Both the position numbers and the translations under genes were made by a program. A DNA stretch of 55,128 nucleotides from IMG/VR virus record IMGVR_UViG_3300037246_000495, positions 1 to 55,128 of that record. The stretch is one strand, 5' to 3'. The stretch is from a virus (Duplodnaviria; Caudoviricetes). Of the stretch, positions 46,109 through 54,787 are shown one piece after another (the stretch's first letter is position 1; each line of letters opens with the position of its first letter). The notes under the pieces were generated by a model, which had not been told where the DNA came from, ran no database searches, and saw nothing but the letters and a program-made list of their open reading frames with translations.

Positions 46109-46405
46109 TTAAAACTGATTAGATTGCTTTAATTGAACTTCTATTAAATTTTCGCTCTGTATTCCATTACTAGAATCACCTTCAATACTAACAGAGCATT
46201 CCGAATACCCTTTAAATTTTTTGCAAAAATCGGCATAAGTCGCTTTTTTTACAGTGCTTGTTTTATAGTCTTCCGAGTATGTTCTGATAAATGGCTCTTC
46301 ATCACATCCATTAATATACTTTAAGGATATTTCGTAAGCTATTTTCATATTTGTTGCTACCGCTATATTCCCGTCGTGCGCTCCTCTGATAATATAAAGT
46401 TTCAT
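46109..46405 (-). CDS. Hypothetical protein in the second cassette
   Basis: 98 aa, preceded by TATATTTG (46448-46455) with inverted-repeat operators. Confidence 0.6.
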   Translation of the reverse strand: MKLYIIRGAHDGNIAVATNMKIAYEISLKYINGCDEEPFIRTYSEDYKTSTVKKATYADFCKKFKGYSECSVSIEGDSSNGIQSENLIEVQLKQSNQF

Positions 46406-46562
46406 ATCGTTTATTTTTTAATTGTTAGTATCTCATTTTCTATACAACAAATATAAGCATAAACTTATATACAATCCAAGTGCTTGCAAGATTAATTTAA
46501 GTATTTACTTATATCCATATTCATTCTAAACAAGACCCACCCCAAAAAATAAATAAAAACTT

Positions 46563-46621
46563 CATGTAACATGCTTTATATGTCAGGCGAAAGCCCGCCA
46601 CATACAGCCAATCCATTAAAC
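46563..46621 (+). repeat. Short attC-like hairpin, copy 3
   Basis: CATGTAAC-at-GCTTTATATGT-cAGGC-GAAA-GCC-cgcc-ACATACAGC-caatcc-ATTAAAC. CATGTAAC is the inverse of (A)TTACATG at 45918. Confidence 0.65.
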
Positions 46622-46954
46622 CTCAACATCTTTTTGCTTCTGCCCAATCTCTCTATATAAATCACAAATAGCCATATCTTCAACATTATTGTATTTAATA
46701 GCCATTAGAAACTCGCATGAGTGACCTAGCTTGTATTCTAAGCCCTTTATTTTCAGCTTATAGATAATTTGTTTATCCTCGTCATTAAATGGCTCATATC
46801 CTCTTACAACACTTAAGCCGTTTAAATCTATCTCAGTACCCATTTTTCGATAAGCTGGTAACTCCTTACCTAACGCCGCTTCGATTTCACGAACCTTTTT
46901 ATCAGTTGCTATTAAGCACTCGTGATAATAGTCTTTAAGTTGGTTTAGGTTCAT
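46616..46954 (-). CDS. Hypothetical protein
   Basis: 112 aa. Its stop codon is the TTA of the attC-like core. Confidence 0.55.
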   Translation of the reverse strand: MNLNQLKDYYHECLIATDKKVREIEAALGKELPAYRKMGTEIDLNGLSVVRGYEPFNDEDKQIIYKLKIKGLEYKLGHSCEFLMAIKYNNVEDMAICDLYREIGQKQKDVEV

Positions 46955-46957
46955 GGC

Positions 46958-47143
46958 TTAGTCTATATCGGTTAATACTAGTTTCTTCTTTAGTGGCTTA
47001 AGGAATTTATTTAATCTATTAACTGATGATAGAAAAGATTCAATCATGGTAGCCCCATTATTAAGCGTCCATCCTTGTGATTTGTAGAAAGCCCCCTTTG
47101 TTGTAAAAAGGGCTTTGATTTGGGTTTCGATTTGTTTCTTCAT
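46958..47143 (-). CDS. Small basic, possibly HTH protein
   Basis: 61 aa in an operon with an inverted-repeat operator upstream. Confidence 0.45.
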   Translation of the reverse strand: MKKQIETQIKALFTTKGAFYKSQGWTLNNGATMIESFLSSVNRLNKFLKPLKKKLVLTDID

Positions 47144-47153
47144 ATATTTTAAT

Positions 47154-47327
47154 TTAAAAGTTATCCCATTCTAAAACACCAACTCTATCAATCTGCTGAA
47201 GACTAATGCTTTTTATTTTGGAAGCTCTCACAATTTCAATCGCTGAACTCATATCTGTAATAGTTTGACCCATTACGATTAGATTTTTCCATTTCCCACC
47301 TAGTTCTAAATATTGTACTGGTTTCAT
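47154..47327 (-). CDS. Hypothetical protein (likely start MKPVQY)
   Basis: Part of ORF 47154-47396, with an aaaactATG start context. Confidence 0.45.
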   Translation of the reverse strand: MKPVQYLELGGKWKNLIVMGQTITDMSSAIEIVRASKIKSISLQQIDRVGVLEWDNF

Positions 47328-47483
47328 AGTTTTAGCTTTAAATGTTATTACTCTGTTTGTTGTTACAAATAACGTAATAAAAATAAGACTATGCAAATAA
47401 AAACGTATTTATTTTACGTTTATTTTTAAAGGGTGTAGAGTGTAGAGTGCTGAGTGTTCGAAAGTGGGCATAAGAAAAGCACC

Positions 47484-47786
47484 CTATTTTGAGTGCTTGT
47501 AGTTAATCTTTTCTAATATGTCTTGTGAGGTTAATGCGAGATCTGCTTGTCCCGTCCATTCTAGCATAAACTTCTCTTCTCCTTCAGTTAGTTTCCTTTG
47601 CGATGGTGGCTTGTTAGGGTCTTTAATTTCGAATAGGTAGTTTTTACCGTCATAACCTACAATAATGTCTAAGAAGTTCTTAATCGTGGCGACTGAGCGA
47701 ACGGTAACACCTTTTAGCTTGCGGAGTTCTTTAACTATTTGTGGATGATTAGCATCTACCTTTGCATTTTGTCGGTTGAATCCCAT
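47484..47786 (-). CDS. VRR-NUC-like/Holliday junction resolvase-type nuclease
   Basis: AKVDANH..IV..LR, LDIIVGY.G..YLFEIKD, RKLTEGE..F...W.G. Confidence 0.8.
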   Translation of the reverse strand: MGFNRQNAKVDANHPQIVKELRKLKGVTVRSVATIKNFLDIIVGYDGKNYLFEIKDPNKPPSQRKLTEGEEKFMLEWTGQADLALTSQDILEKINYKHSK

Positions 47787-48175
47787 TATTTAAAGCTTCT
47801 TGTTCCAGAAAAGTTGATTATTTCCATTATATGATAGTTGTATTCCTGTTCTGCTGCTTTTATTAATGCCTTATCACCACCTGCAATAGCGGCCATTTTA
47901 GCCATGTATGAGGCTGATAGTTTAGACGACATTTGCTGCCCTTGTTCGTATCTTTCAATCTTTAGATAAACCTTGCCTATAGTTTCCTTATCTGCCTTCC
48001 CGCTTTCCAGAACACCCATCTTATACACTCCTGTCCCCATTACACCAATGAAGAATACGAACAATACTGCAATGGTAGCCCATGCGTTTTTATTACGCTT
48101 CTCAAGCTTCATGTTTGATTCTTCGAGCGATTGTAGTACGCTATTGGCTTTTGTTAGAAAGTCTTGTTCGCTCAT
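47786..48175 (-). CDS. Coiled-coil plus single-TM membrane protein (likely start MSEQDF)
   Basis: TM segment AWATIAVLFVFFIGVMGTGV. Overlaps the upstream stop. Confidence 0.55.
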   Translation of the reverse strand: MSEQDFLTKANSVLQSLEESNMKLEKRNKNAWATIAVLFVFFIGVMGTGVYKMGVLESGKADKETIGKVYLKIERYEQGQQMSSKLSASYMAKMAAIAGGDKALIKAAEQEYNYHIMEIINFSGTRSFK

Positions 48176-48573
48176 CTTCTGTTTATTTGTATGATTGCAA
48201 AACCCACAAGACCCCACAGTATTTGTGCGCAAATAACTGGATTAGAAGTGAAATCACTATATGATTCGAAAGGCTTAAATAGAATTGCTATGTTGAAAAT
48301 AATGTAAAATGAAAAATATAACATAACGACTTCAAATATCAATTTAATAATCTTAGATTTTAAAGATTTATAAACAAATATGGTCATTACTAGGCAATAT
48401 GTATATAGATTCTCAAAGAATAACGTGAACCACATCCCATTAAATGCGTCACCTATACTCAAGAATAAGACAGCGAGGGCCAAGAAAGACCCTGCTGAAA
48501 TACCTTTTAATGTGTCCTCATTAAGCTTTAACATCTGGCTTAACAATAGGAGGTTGCACGTCTTCTGATTCAT
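48172..48573 (-). CDS. Four-TM membrane protein (holin-like position after the tail fibre)
   Basis: Four hydrophobic segments. Confidence 0.55.
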   Translation of the reverse strand: MNQKTCNLLLLSQMLKLNEDTLKGISAGSFLALAVLFLSIGDAFNGMWFTLFFENLYTYCLVMTIFVYKSLKSKIIKLIFEVVMLYFSFYIIFNIAILFKPFESYSDFTSNPVICAQILWGLVGFAIIQINRR

Positions 48574-48636
48574 CTTTGCAATAATGCCTGTTAAATTTTC
48601 TCATATTAAATGTGTTTTAATTAGTTATAAAGATAG

Positions 48637-51600
48637 TTAATTCTCTAAAGCTTTCAACCTGTCGTCTAGATTTTTATATAATGCTTTTAAAATCTCTATC
48701 TGAAGTCTATTTTCGTCGACTATTAACTGTAAGCTATCATTTTTAATCATCTCTAATCTTAAACCCTCAATGGACATAACGGCCAATTGCATAGACTTAA
48801 TAGTGAGAAGCCTATCTTCATCCTTTATGTTTGATTTTTCTATATCTGATAATGTTGATATAGCAATTATACTATCATTACGTACTATTTTAGTTTTAGA
48901 GTGATTTACAAGCCAAGGAAATTGAGCCTCTAAATCTTTAGCCATCGGGTTAATGTAATCTATATTTGCAGAATCAGCTTTAAAATTATATCGTTTAACC
49001 GATAATCTTTTAAAGGCTTCACGGTTAAATTCGAAATCTCTAATACTGTCTTTTACGCGCTGATCTGATACGTTGTTTAATGCGCCTGAGTAGTTCAGGT
49101 CTACACAATTAACGTCGACTGTTGCTGTTAAACTACCAGTTACAGTCCCACCGATTGATGTGGTTTCAAATTTAACAGAGTTTAAATGCATTAATTCAAT
49201 CTCACCCGACGGCTTACAGCGAAGCCTCGTATTAGTACCATCGAAGATTCCAAAAGTTTCATCAGTGTCTCGATAAAAAAACCTATAAAATGAAGTAGCA
49301 CTATTCATATCGAATTGAACCTCTGTTGATGATGGATTATCTATTATAATTTTAGTAGATGTTGTTGTGATATCGCCTCCAAAAGTACCACTCCCACCAT
49401 CAAAGTTACTAGAAGCATCTATCACTTCAACTCCCCCGATAGAATAAGAATCAGCATCTACATCTCCATTAACATCAATACCGCCAGATACTGTTGATAA
49501 TTTCAAATCTCCAGCTGATGCTCCAGCGTAATAAAGCTCAATACCCTCTTTCTCGTTAATAATTCTTAGTGTGTTGTCAACGCCACTACCTGCTTGAATC
49601 TCTTGAGCTAATACACCGTTCGCATCTAAAAATCTAATAGTATTAACGGGTAGTGCTAATAGAGAAGTTGATTTTATATCTAATCTACCTATGCCGTTTT
49701 CTATCAGTAAATTATTTTCTATTGTCACTTCATCGATGAACCCCTTTGTTCCAGCGAACACTTGATTAGTGGCAGTCATTACACCTGAGTTTGCGACATT
49801 AGCCCCATTAAGAGTCGCATTATCACCATCGCTTGAGTTTATGAATACATTTCCAGAATTATGCGTAACACTTAAGTTTGTAGTGACATTCGATACTAGC
49901 CCAGAATATAAGGAGTTAACAGCATCATTGCCTGTATTTGTTCCCGATAGATTAGATCCTGTTATTACATCGAATACTGTCAGTCCAGACGCATCAAAAT
50001 AACCTCTTTGGATTCTGGCTGTACCAAAAGATAGTCTATCTGTTGTATGGTCGTATGCTATAGATCCAGCGTCATTATCGTTGTTATCGCCAAAATATAT
50101 AATACCAAGATAGTTTTCATCAGACGCTATAGTCATTCCTTTGCTACCAATTGTTGTACCTCCAATCCTTAAGTCATCAGCAAATGCATTAGGTACGTAA
50201 CTGTTAGTTAAATCTAAATATCCACCGCCAAATATATTACCATTTACAGTAACATCACCCGTAAACGTAGCGCCAGACAATAACGCATAAAGACCTAAAT
50301 TTGGAGTGTTAGTGAAATTATTGTAATCCAGATAATGTGATCCATGTTGACCGTCTAATAAATCAGAATTCTGATTTATATTTAACGTTGTGGATGCGCA
50401 GGCGTATGGCTGGGTTCCTGTTGTGACTGTTGAGATGAAACTAGGTGATAGTATTCCTAATGCGTTAATATTAGCCTTCTCTATACTGCCAATCTTGAAA
50501 GAAAATTCATCGTCGGCATGGTTATACGTAATAAATGCTGCTGTACTAGCATCATTATCAGAAAAATATATACTTCCATTAGAAGTTCTTTCAGATATAA
50601 TTGATAACCCTGTATTTCCTACTGTAGTTTTACCTAATCTTAAAAAATTAGCATTAGCATTAGCGGGATAGCCATTGGCTAAATCTATAAAGCCACTAAA
50701 CAACCCATTAACCGCTTCTATATTACCAGTAACATCTATTCCGCCAGATGTTGCCCTGAATTTCTCAACTCCACCAATCCCTGCAATTAAACCGCTTTTA
50801 AGTGTAGCCAGTCCGCTACCATCAATAAACCTAAAATTACCATCACCTGTTGAATTAATACGCTCTACACCACCCGTCTCAAGCGATGAAGTATTTAAAA
50901 CAGGATTAAGAAAACCAGCCGTTCTTGCAATATCCGTTATAGTCGTACTTCCACCGTTTGAAATATCAACCGTTACTGTGTTATTTAATTTCGAATTAGA
51001 TAAATCTTGATTCTCATTATCAGGATTGTTATCATTATCAGCAACGCTAAAAACAGCATCTACACCCGTTCCGCTAGTTCCGATTGTCACATCTTCGCCT
51101 ACTTTATTAGCGGTTGATGTTATTGTGTAATCACCTAGAGTTGGTCCTCCTCCGTTTACGGTTGTGACTACTGGTGTAAATTCCGTTCCCGTTTCTGCAT
51201 CTGTCACAGTTAGTGCCTGCTTTGCGAATCCAATATATGAGCCTGGCGTGTCTGTTAATGCTAGCAGAGTAGTAATTCCAGAAGGACCTCCGCCGCCAGT
51301 ACCAGCCGTATTATTAGGAATAAACCCCCTCAAGTCTAAATAACCAGTGCTTAGATTGTACGTAAAGTTTGCGCCACTTCGTCTTATTGTGAATCTTCCC
51401 ATTAAAAAACCAACACCTTTGAAGTCTTTCGGAATGTTGTAGTTGGTGGCGTTTTCAGCATCACTAAACGCGTCAGCCTCAGAATTATACCCGTCCGATG
51501 GTAGATTAACCATTAAATGCGATATCTCTCCAGACTTATTACACACACCCCAAACGACTACATTAGACCATTCGTTATTCCAGCTTGAACCGTCTGAAAA

Positions 51601-52995
51601 TTCTGTGATATCATTTAAATTAGTCGTGGTCCTGTACGGAGTCGTTGGATCATTCACCACGTGGATATCATCACCGATAGACATATCTTGGACGGGGAAA
51701 GTCTGAAGGTGTAACTGATAAACATTCCCAGATGTATTCGAAAAATAAACATTAGTAGGTGTGCCACTTAAAATTGTTTCTGTTCCACTATCCCACTCTG
51801 CGTTAAATTGTCGTAACCTTTCGGCAATGTGTAATATATGACCATTATCATCTTCTTTCTTTATATGGTCGTTTATATTTTGATTTCTAATTGCTCCATT
51901 TGATAACGTAGCAGCTGCATCAAAAACACCCACTAATGCAACTTTTGCATGTTCTGTTACTGGAAAACCGCCCGCACTTGTTTGTAATGTTTTTGTCGCT
52001 TTGTCTATAAAGACATAATTTAATTGTACAACTGTTGCAGTTCCAGCAACTAATGTAAGTGTTGCGGCTGGTGTTGTGTCGAAAGTACTGAATCCATCAC
52101 TAAAAAGCAGTGTAAGATTCTTAGTATCAATAACATTTTCTAATGTTCCTGTAATTGTACTAATACCATCTGAAGAGGTTGTAAAATTGAACGTTTCTCT
52201 AATTGCTCCATCCCATCCATCATTGAAAGTATCGTAAATATCTCTCGTTATATTCACAAATATCTGACCATCTGGAGCGGCTGAATTATTAAATGCTCCA
52301 CCTATTGATATAGCGTAACTCTGAAACGCTGGCCTAGAGCTTGAAACGTCACCACTGCCATCATCCGTAAGCCATAATTGAGAACCTGGAGTTAGAGCGG
52401 TTGCATCACCACCTTTTAGTATTCCGTAAATTACGGTGAATCCAAAGCTACCAGGTGGTATTGTGTGAGCCGCAACGGATAATGTTCCTTGCGTTTTCTC
52501 CCAATCACTTGCATCTGCCAATTCTGGCGTTGGGTATAATTGACCGTTAACCAAAGCGCCGCTTTTTAGATGCAAGACATCAAAAGGTTCGATAGTGTAA
52601 GCATTATCATTGTAATAAAGCAACACCGTGGCTTGTCCAAGCTTGTAAACATAATTACCTAATCCCGTCTTAAACGATCCGCTATAGGATAGTGTATCAG
52701 CGAACATTGTATATTCTGTTTGAATATCACTTTCTGTCAATGGTGTTAATGATAGGCTATCAAGCGGCTGTGTTAATGACATGTTATTTATGAAATACTG
52801 CAAATTAACAGCATCTAATAAATTGATAGGATCGGCGACACCCTGCACTCTATTGCTGTGCATATTAATAGTTGCATTACCATCCTCGCCTATTTGCGCA
52901 TTTTTGTAAATTCTTAAATTATCACCTGCCACGTTTTGAGCTTGCGCAAAAATAGTGATGAATGATAATATTAATATTAAAATAATTTTTCTCAT
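48637..52995 (-). CDS. Tail fibre/spike with C-terminal intramolecular chaperone (peptidase S74-like) and N-terminal signal-peptide-like sequence
   Basis: 1452 aa, Gly/Thr/Asn-rich with DLLDGQHGS.YL and LTDTP.SY.G fibre motifs. SDQRVK...KRYNFK autocleavage domain followed by a coiled coil. Confidence 0.85.
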   Translation of the reverse strand: MRKIILILILSFITIFAQAQNVAGDNLRIYKNAQIGEDGNATINMHSNRVQGVADPINLLDAVNLQYFINNMSLTQPLDSLSLTPLTESDIQTEYTMFADTLSYSGSFKTGLGNYVYKLGQATVLLYYNDNAYTIEPFDVLHLKSGALVNGQLYPTPELADASDWEKTQGTLSVAAHTIPPGSFGFTVIYGILKGGDATALTPGSQLWLTDDGSGDVSSSRPAFQSYAISIGGAFNNSAAPDGQIFVNITRDIYDTFNDGWDGAIRETFNFTTSSDGISTITGTLENVIDTKNLTLLFSDGFSTFDTTPAATLTLVAGTATVVQLNYVFIDKATKTLQTSAGGFPVTEHAKVALVGVFDAAATLSNGAIRNQNINDHIKKEDDNGHILHIAERLRQFNAEWDSGTETILSGTPTNVYFSNTSGNVYQLHLQTFPVQDMSIGDDIHVVNDPTTPYRTTTNLNDITEFSDGSSWNNEWSNVVVWGVCNKSGEISHLMVNLPSDGYNSEADAFSDAENATNYNIPKDFKGVGFLMGRFTIRRSGANFTYNLSTGYLDLRGFIPNNTAGTGGGGPSGITTLLALTDTPGSYIGFAKQALTVTDAETGTEFTPVVTTVNGGGPTLGDYTITSTANKVGEDVTIGTSGTGVDAVFSVADNDNNPDNENQDLSNSKLNNTVTVDISNGGSTTITDIARTAGFLNPVLNTSSLETGGVERINSTGDGNFRFIDGSGLATLKSGLIAGIGGVEKFRATSGGIDVTGNIEAVNGLFSGFIDLANGYPANANANFLRLGKTTVGNTGLSIISERTSNGSIYFSDNDASTAAFITYNHADDEFSFKIGSIEKANINALGILSPSFISTVTTGTQPYACASTTLNINQNSDLLDGQHGSHYLDYNNFTNTPNLGLYALLSGATFTGDVTVNGNIFGGGYLDLTNSYVPNAFADDLRIGGTTIGSKGMTIASDENYLGIIYFGDNNDNDAGSIAYDHTTDRLSFGTARIQRGYFDASGLTVFDVITGSNLSGTNTGNDAVNSLYSGLVSNVTTNLSVTHNSGNVFINSSDGDNATLNGANVANSGVMTATNQVFAGTKGFIDEVTIENNLLIENGIGRLDIKSTSLLALPVNTIRFLDANGVLAQEIQAGSGVDNTLRIINEKEGIELYYAGASAGDLKLSTVSGGIDVNGDVDADSYSIGGVEVIDASSNFDGGSGTFGGDITTTSTKIIIDNPSSTEVQFDMNSATSFYRFFYRDTDETFGIFDGTNTRLRCKPSGEIELMHLNSVKFETTSIGGTVTGSLTATVDVNCVDLNYSGALNNVSDQRVKDSIRDFEFNREAFKRLSVKRYNFKADSANIDYINPMAKDLEAQFPWLVNHSKTKIVRNDSIIAISTLSDIEKSNIKDEDRLLTIKSMQLAVMSIEGLRLEMIKNDSLQLIVDENRLQIEILKALYKNLDDRLKALEN

Positions 52996-52997
52996 AT

Positions 52998-54206
52998 CTA
53001 TTGTTTATTAATTATTGTTTGAAGTATCACTGTTGCTGAAGCACCAACACCTGATACGTCAACGTAAAGCGTAAGTGCTGCGCCTTGATCTGTCTGATTA
53101 ACGAAATTACGTGCTATATTATCAATCACTCTCGAGTCATTGAAAACTTCATTCCTCATAACATCGTTACCACCAGGTGTTGTTCCTATCTTAATTGTCA
53201 CTGTTGTTCCAGCTCCTGACTCACGAACTCCTGTTACCTGATTCAACGTGTATCCGCCAGACATTACAAGTTGATGCGCTCCAGACACATTACTTAATAC
53301 TAATGGTTCTATTGGTGTCATATCTCCGTCTGTTGGTATTGCAAATCCTTGATCGCCTGAGTTAATACCCTCGACAAATGCTTGCGTTAAATTAATTGTT
53401 AAAACTCCTCCTGTGTAATTACCAAAATACTCTATTTCCCCATTCTCTTTTTTGGCATATTGAATATCGTTTATAAAAGGCATATCAAGCCCTATAAGCA
53501 TTTGAATTTTCGTTGCAAGATATTGAGGTATGTCTGACGTTTTGATTTCATCAATAATCTGCGGTATATCTTCTAGATTAGTTTCATTACCCAAGTTATT
53601 ATAAGTATCAACTTCACCACCCACTTGGGGTTTACCGATAACGCCCTCGACCCATATAGATACCTCGAAACCACCATCCCAATACGTGTATTGTTGATTA
53701 TCAATATTACTTGAAACTATTTGAAAATGGTCTGGGATCGTTTTATAAGTAAATTTATCATCTGAAACATATCTGAAATCATCCACGCCCTGAACTAATT
53801 CAAAAGGCTCTGTGTGTTTGTATTTTGCGTCACCATCAAAGACTCCTTTAATTTCAATTGTGTATTTACCTACTGGTTGCCCAACTACATCAAATTGATA
53901 AAATGCTGATATTCTGCCATTATCTAATTCATCCGTAAAACTAGCAACTAAATTAACCGTTAATGCCGTTTCAGTTCCAGCCTCATCTCTAAGGGTAGCG
54001 GTTAAGGTATCACCACCACCTACTAAATAATTAGTTTTAATTTGAGTGGCTATGGTTTCTGAATCCAAAAACTTTTGACACTTTAAAATTGGCACAGAAC
54101 CAGCAAACTTAATGTCTTTTGATAGTGTATTCTCTGGATTGGGCAATAGATTATCAACACTTACATATTGAATACTATTAAGCCCTGTTATTAATGATAT
54201 AGTCAT
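52998..54206 (-). CDS. Tail/baseplate structural protein
   Basis: 402 aa, beta-rich with an IKIGTTPGGNDV motif, within the tail operon. Confidence 0.6.
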   Translation of the reverse strand: MTISLITGLNSIQYVSVDNLLPNPENTLSKDIKFAGSVPILKCQKFLDSETIATQIKTNYLVGGGDTLTATLRDEAGTETALTVNLVASFTDELDNGRISAFYQFDVVGQPVGKYTIEIKGVFDGDAKYKHTEPFELVQGVDDFRYVSDDKFTYKTIPDHFQIVSSNIDNQQYTYWDGGFEVSIWVEGVIGKPQVGGEVDTYNNLGNETNLEDIPQIIDEIKTSDIPQYLATKIQMLIGLDMPFINDIQYAKKENGEIEYFGNYTGGVLTINLTQAFVEGINSGDQGFAIPTDGDMTPIEPLVLSNVSGAHQLVMSGGYTLNQVTGVRESGAGTTVTIKIGTTPGGNDVMRNEVFNDSRVIDNIARNFVNQTDQGAALTLYVDVSGVGASATVILQTIINKQ

Positions 54207-54207
54207 G

Positions 54208-54786
54208 TTATCGTCCTATAGCTTGTACGTAAATTGTTTGATTGATATTTATCGTATTATCTCTATCGTATGTGAAATTATCTTTAGTTAATATCAGATT
54301 TGCATTTGAATAGCCTGGCGATAACACCACGTTATCGCACGTATTAGGGAATGGGAATGGAAATGGCACGACTTGCGGACCGTCATCGTTTGACGTAAAA
54401 GTAAACCAATGCATTATCCTGTTATTGCCTAGTAGTGTAGTTCCGCTTGTTCCGCTAACTTGCCCTTTATTTGCCTCATCTGCATACTTCTTAGTTGCTG
54501 GATGAGTGTCTAACGTTGGGGTGTATGCTATCAGATTTGTTTTCGAGAGATAATTAGTGAATAAATTATCGACCTCTGTTTTAGAATAAACATTCAGATT
54601 TAGAGTTGTAAAATCTAAAAGCTGTTGCATTGTCATATTCTCAGAAGGTGTTCCTACCTTTCCAATTGCCACCCTGTAATCTAACACGGGTGTTGCATTT
54701 AGACTTAATCCAAACAACTTTCTTTTTGATTGAGCATTAGCCGAAAACGAAGCGACTATTAAAAGTAAAATAAATATCTTTTTCAT
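54208..54786 (-). CDS. Short tail-fibre-like protein with signal-peptide-like N-terminus (likely start MKKIFI at 54786)
   Basis: YSKTEVD, HPATKKYAD and a C-terminal G..LL....MHW...V.FPFPFPNTC.NV fibre-tip motif. Confidence 0.65.
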   Translation of the reverse strand: MKKIFILLLIVASFSANAQSKRKLFGLSLNATPVLDYRVAIGKVGTPSENMTMQQLLDFTTLNLNVYSKTEVDNLFTNYLSKTNLIAYTPTLDTHPATKKYADEANKGQVSGTSGTTLLGNNRIMHWFTFTSNDDGPQVVPFPFPFPNTCDNVVLSPGYSNANLILTKDNFTYDRDNTININQTIYVQAIGR

Positions 54787-54787
54787 A

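Noticed and set aside
48637-54786. Diversity-generating retroelement acting on tail fibres
   Set aside because: I saw no reverse transcriptase gene and no template/variable repeat pair differing at adenines.
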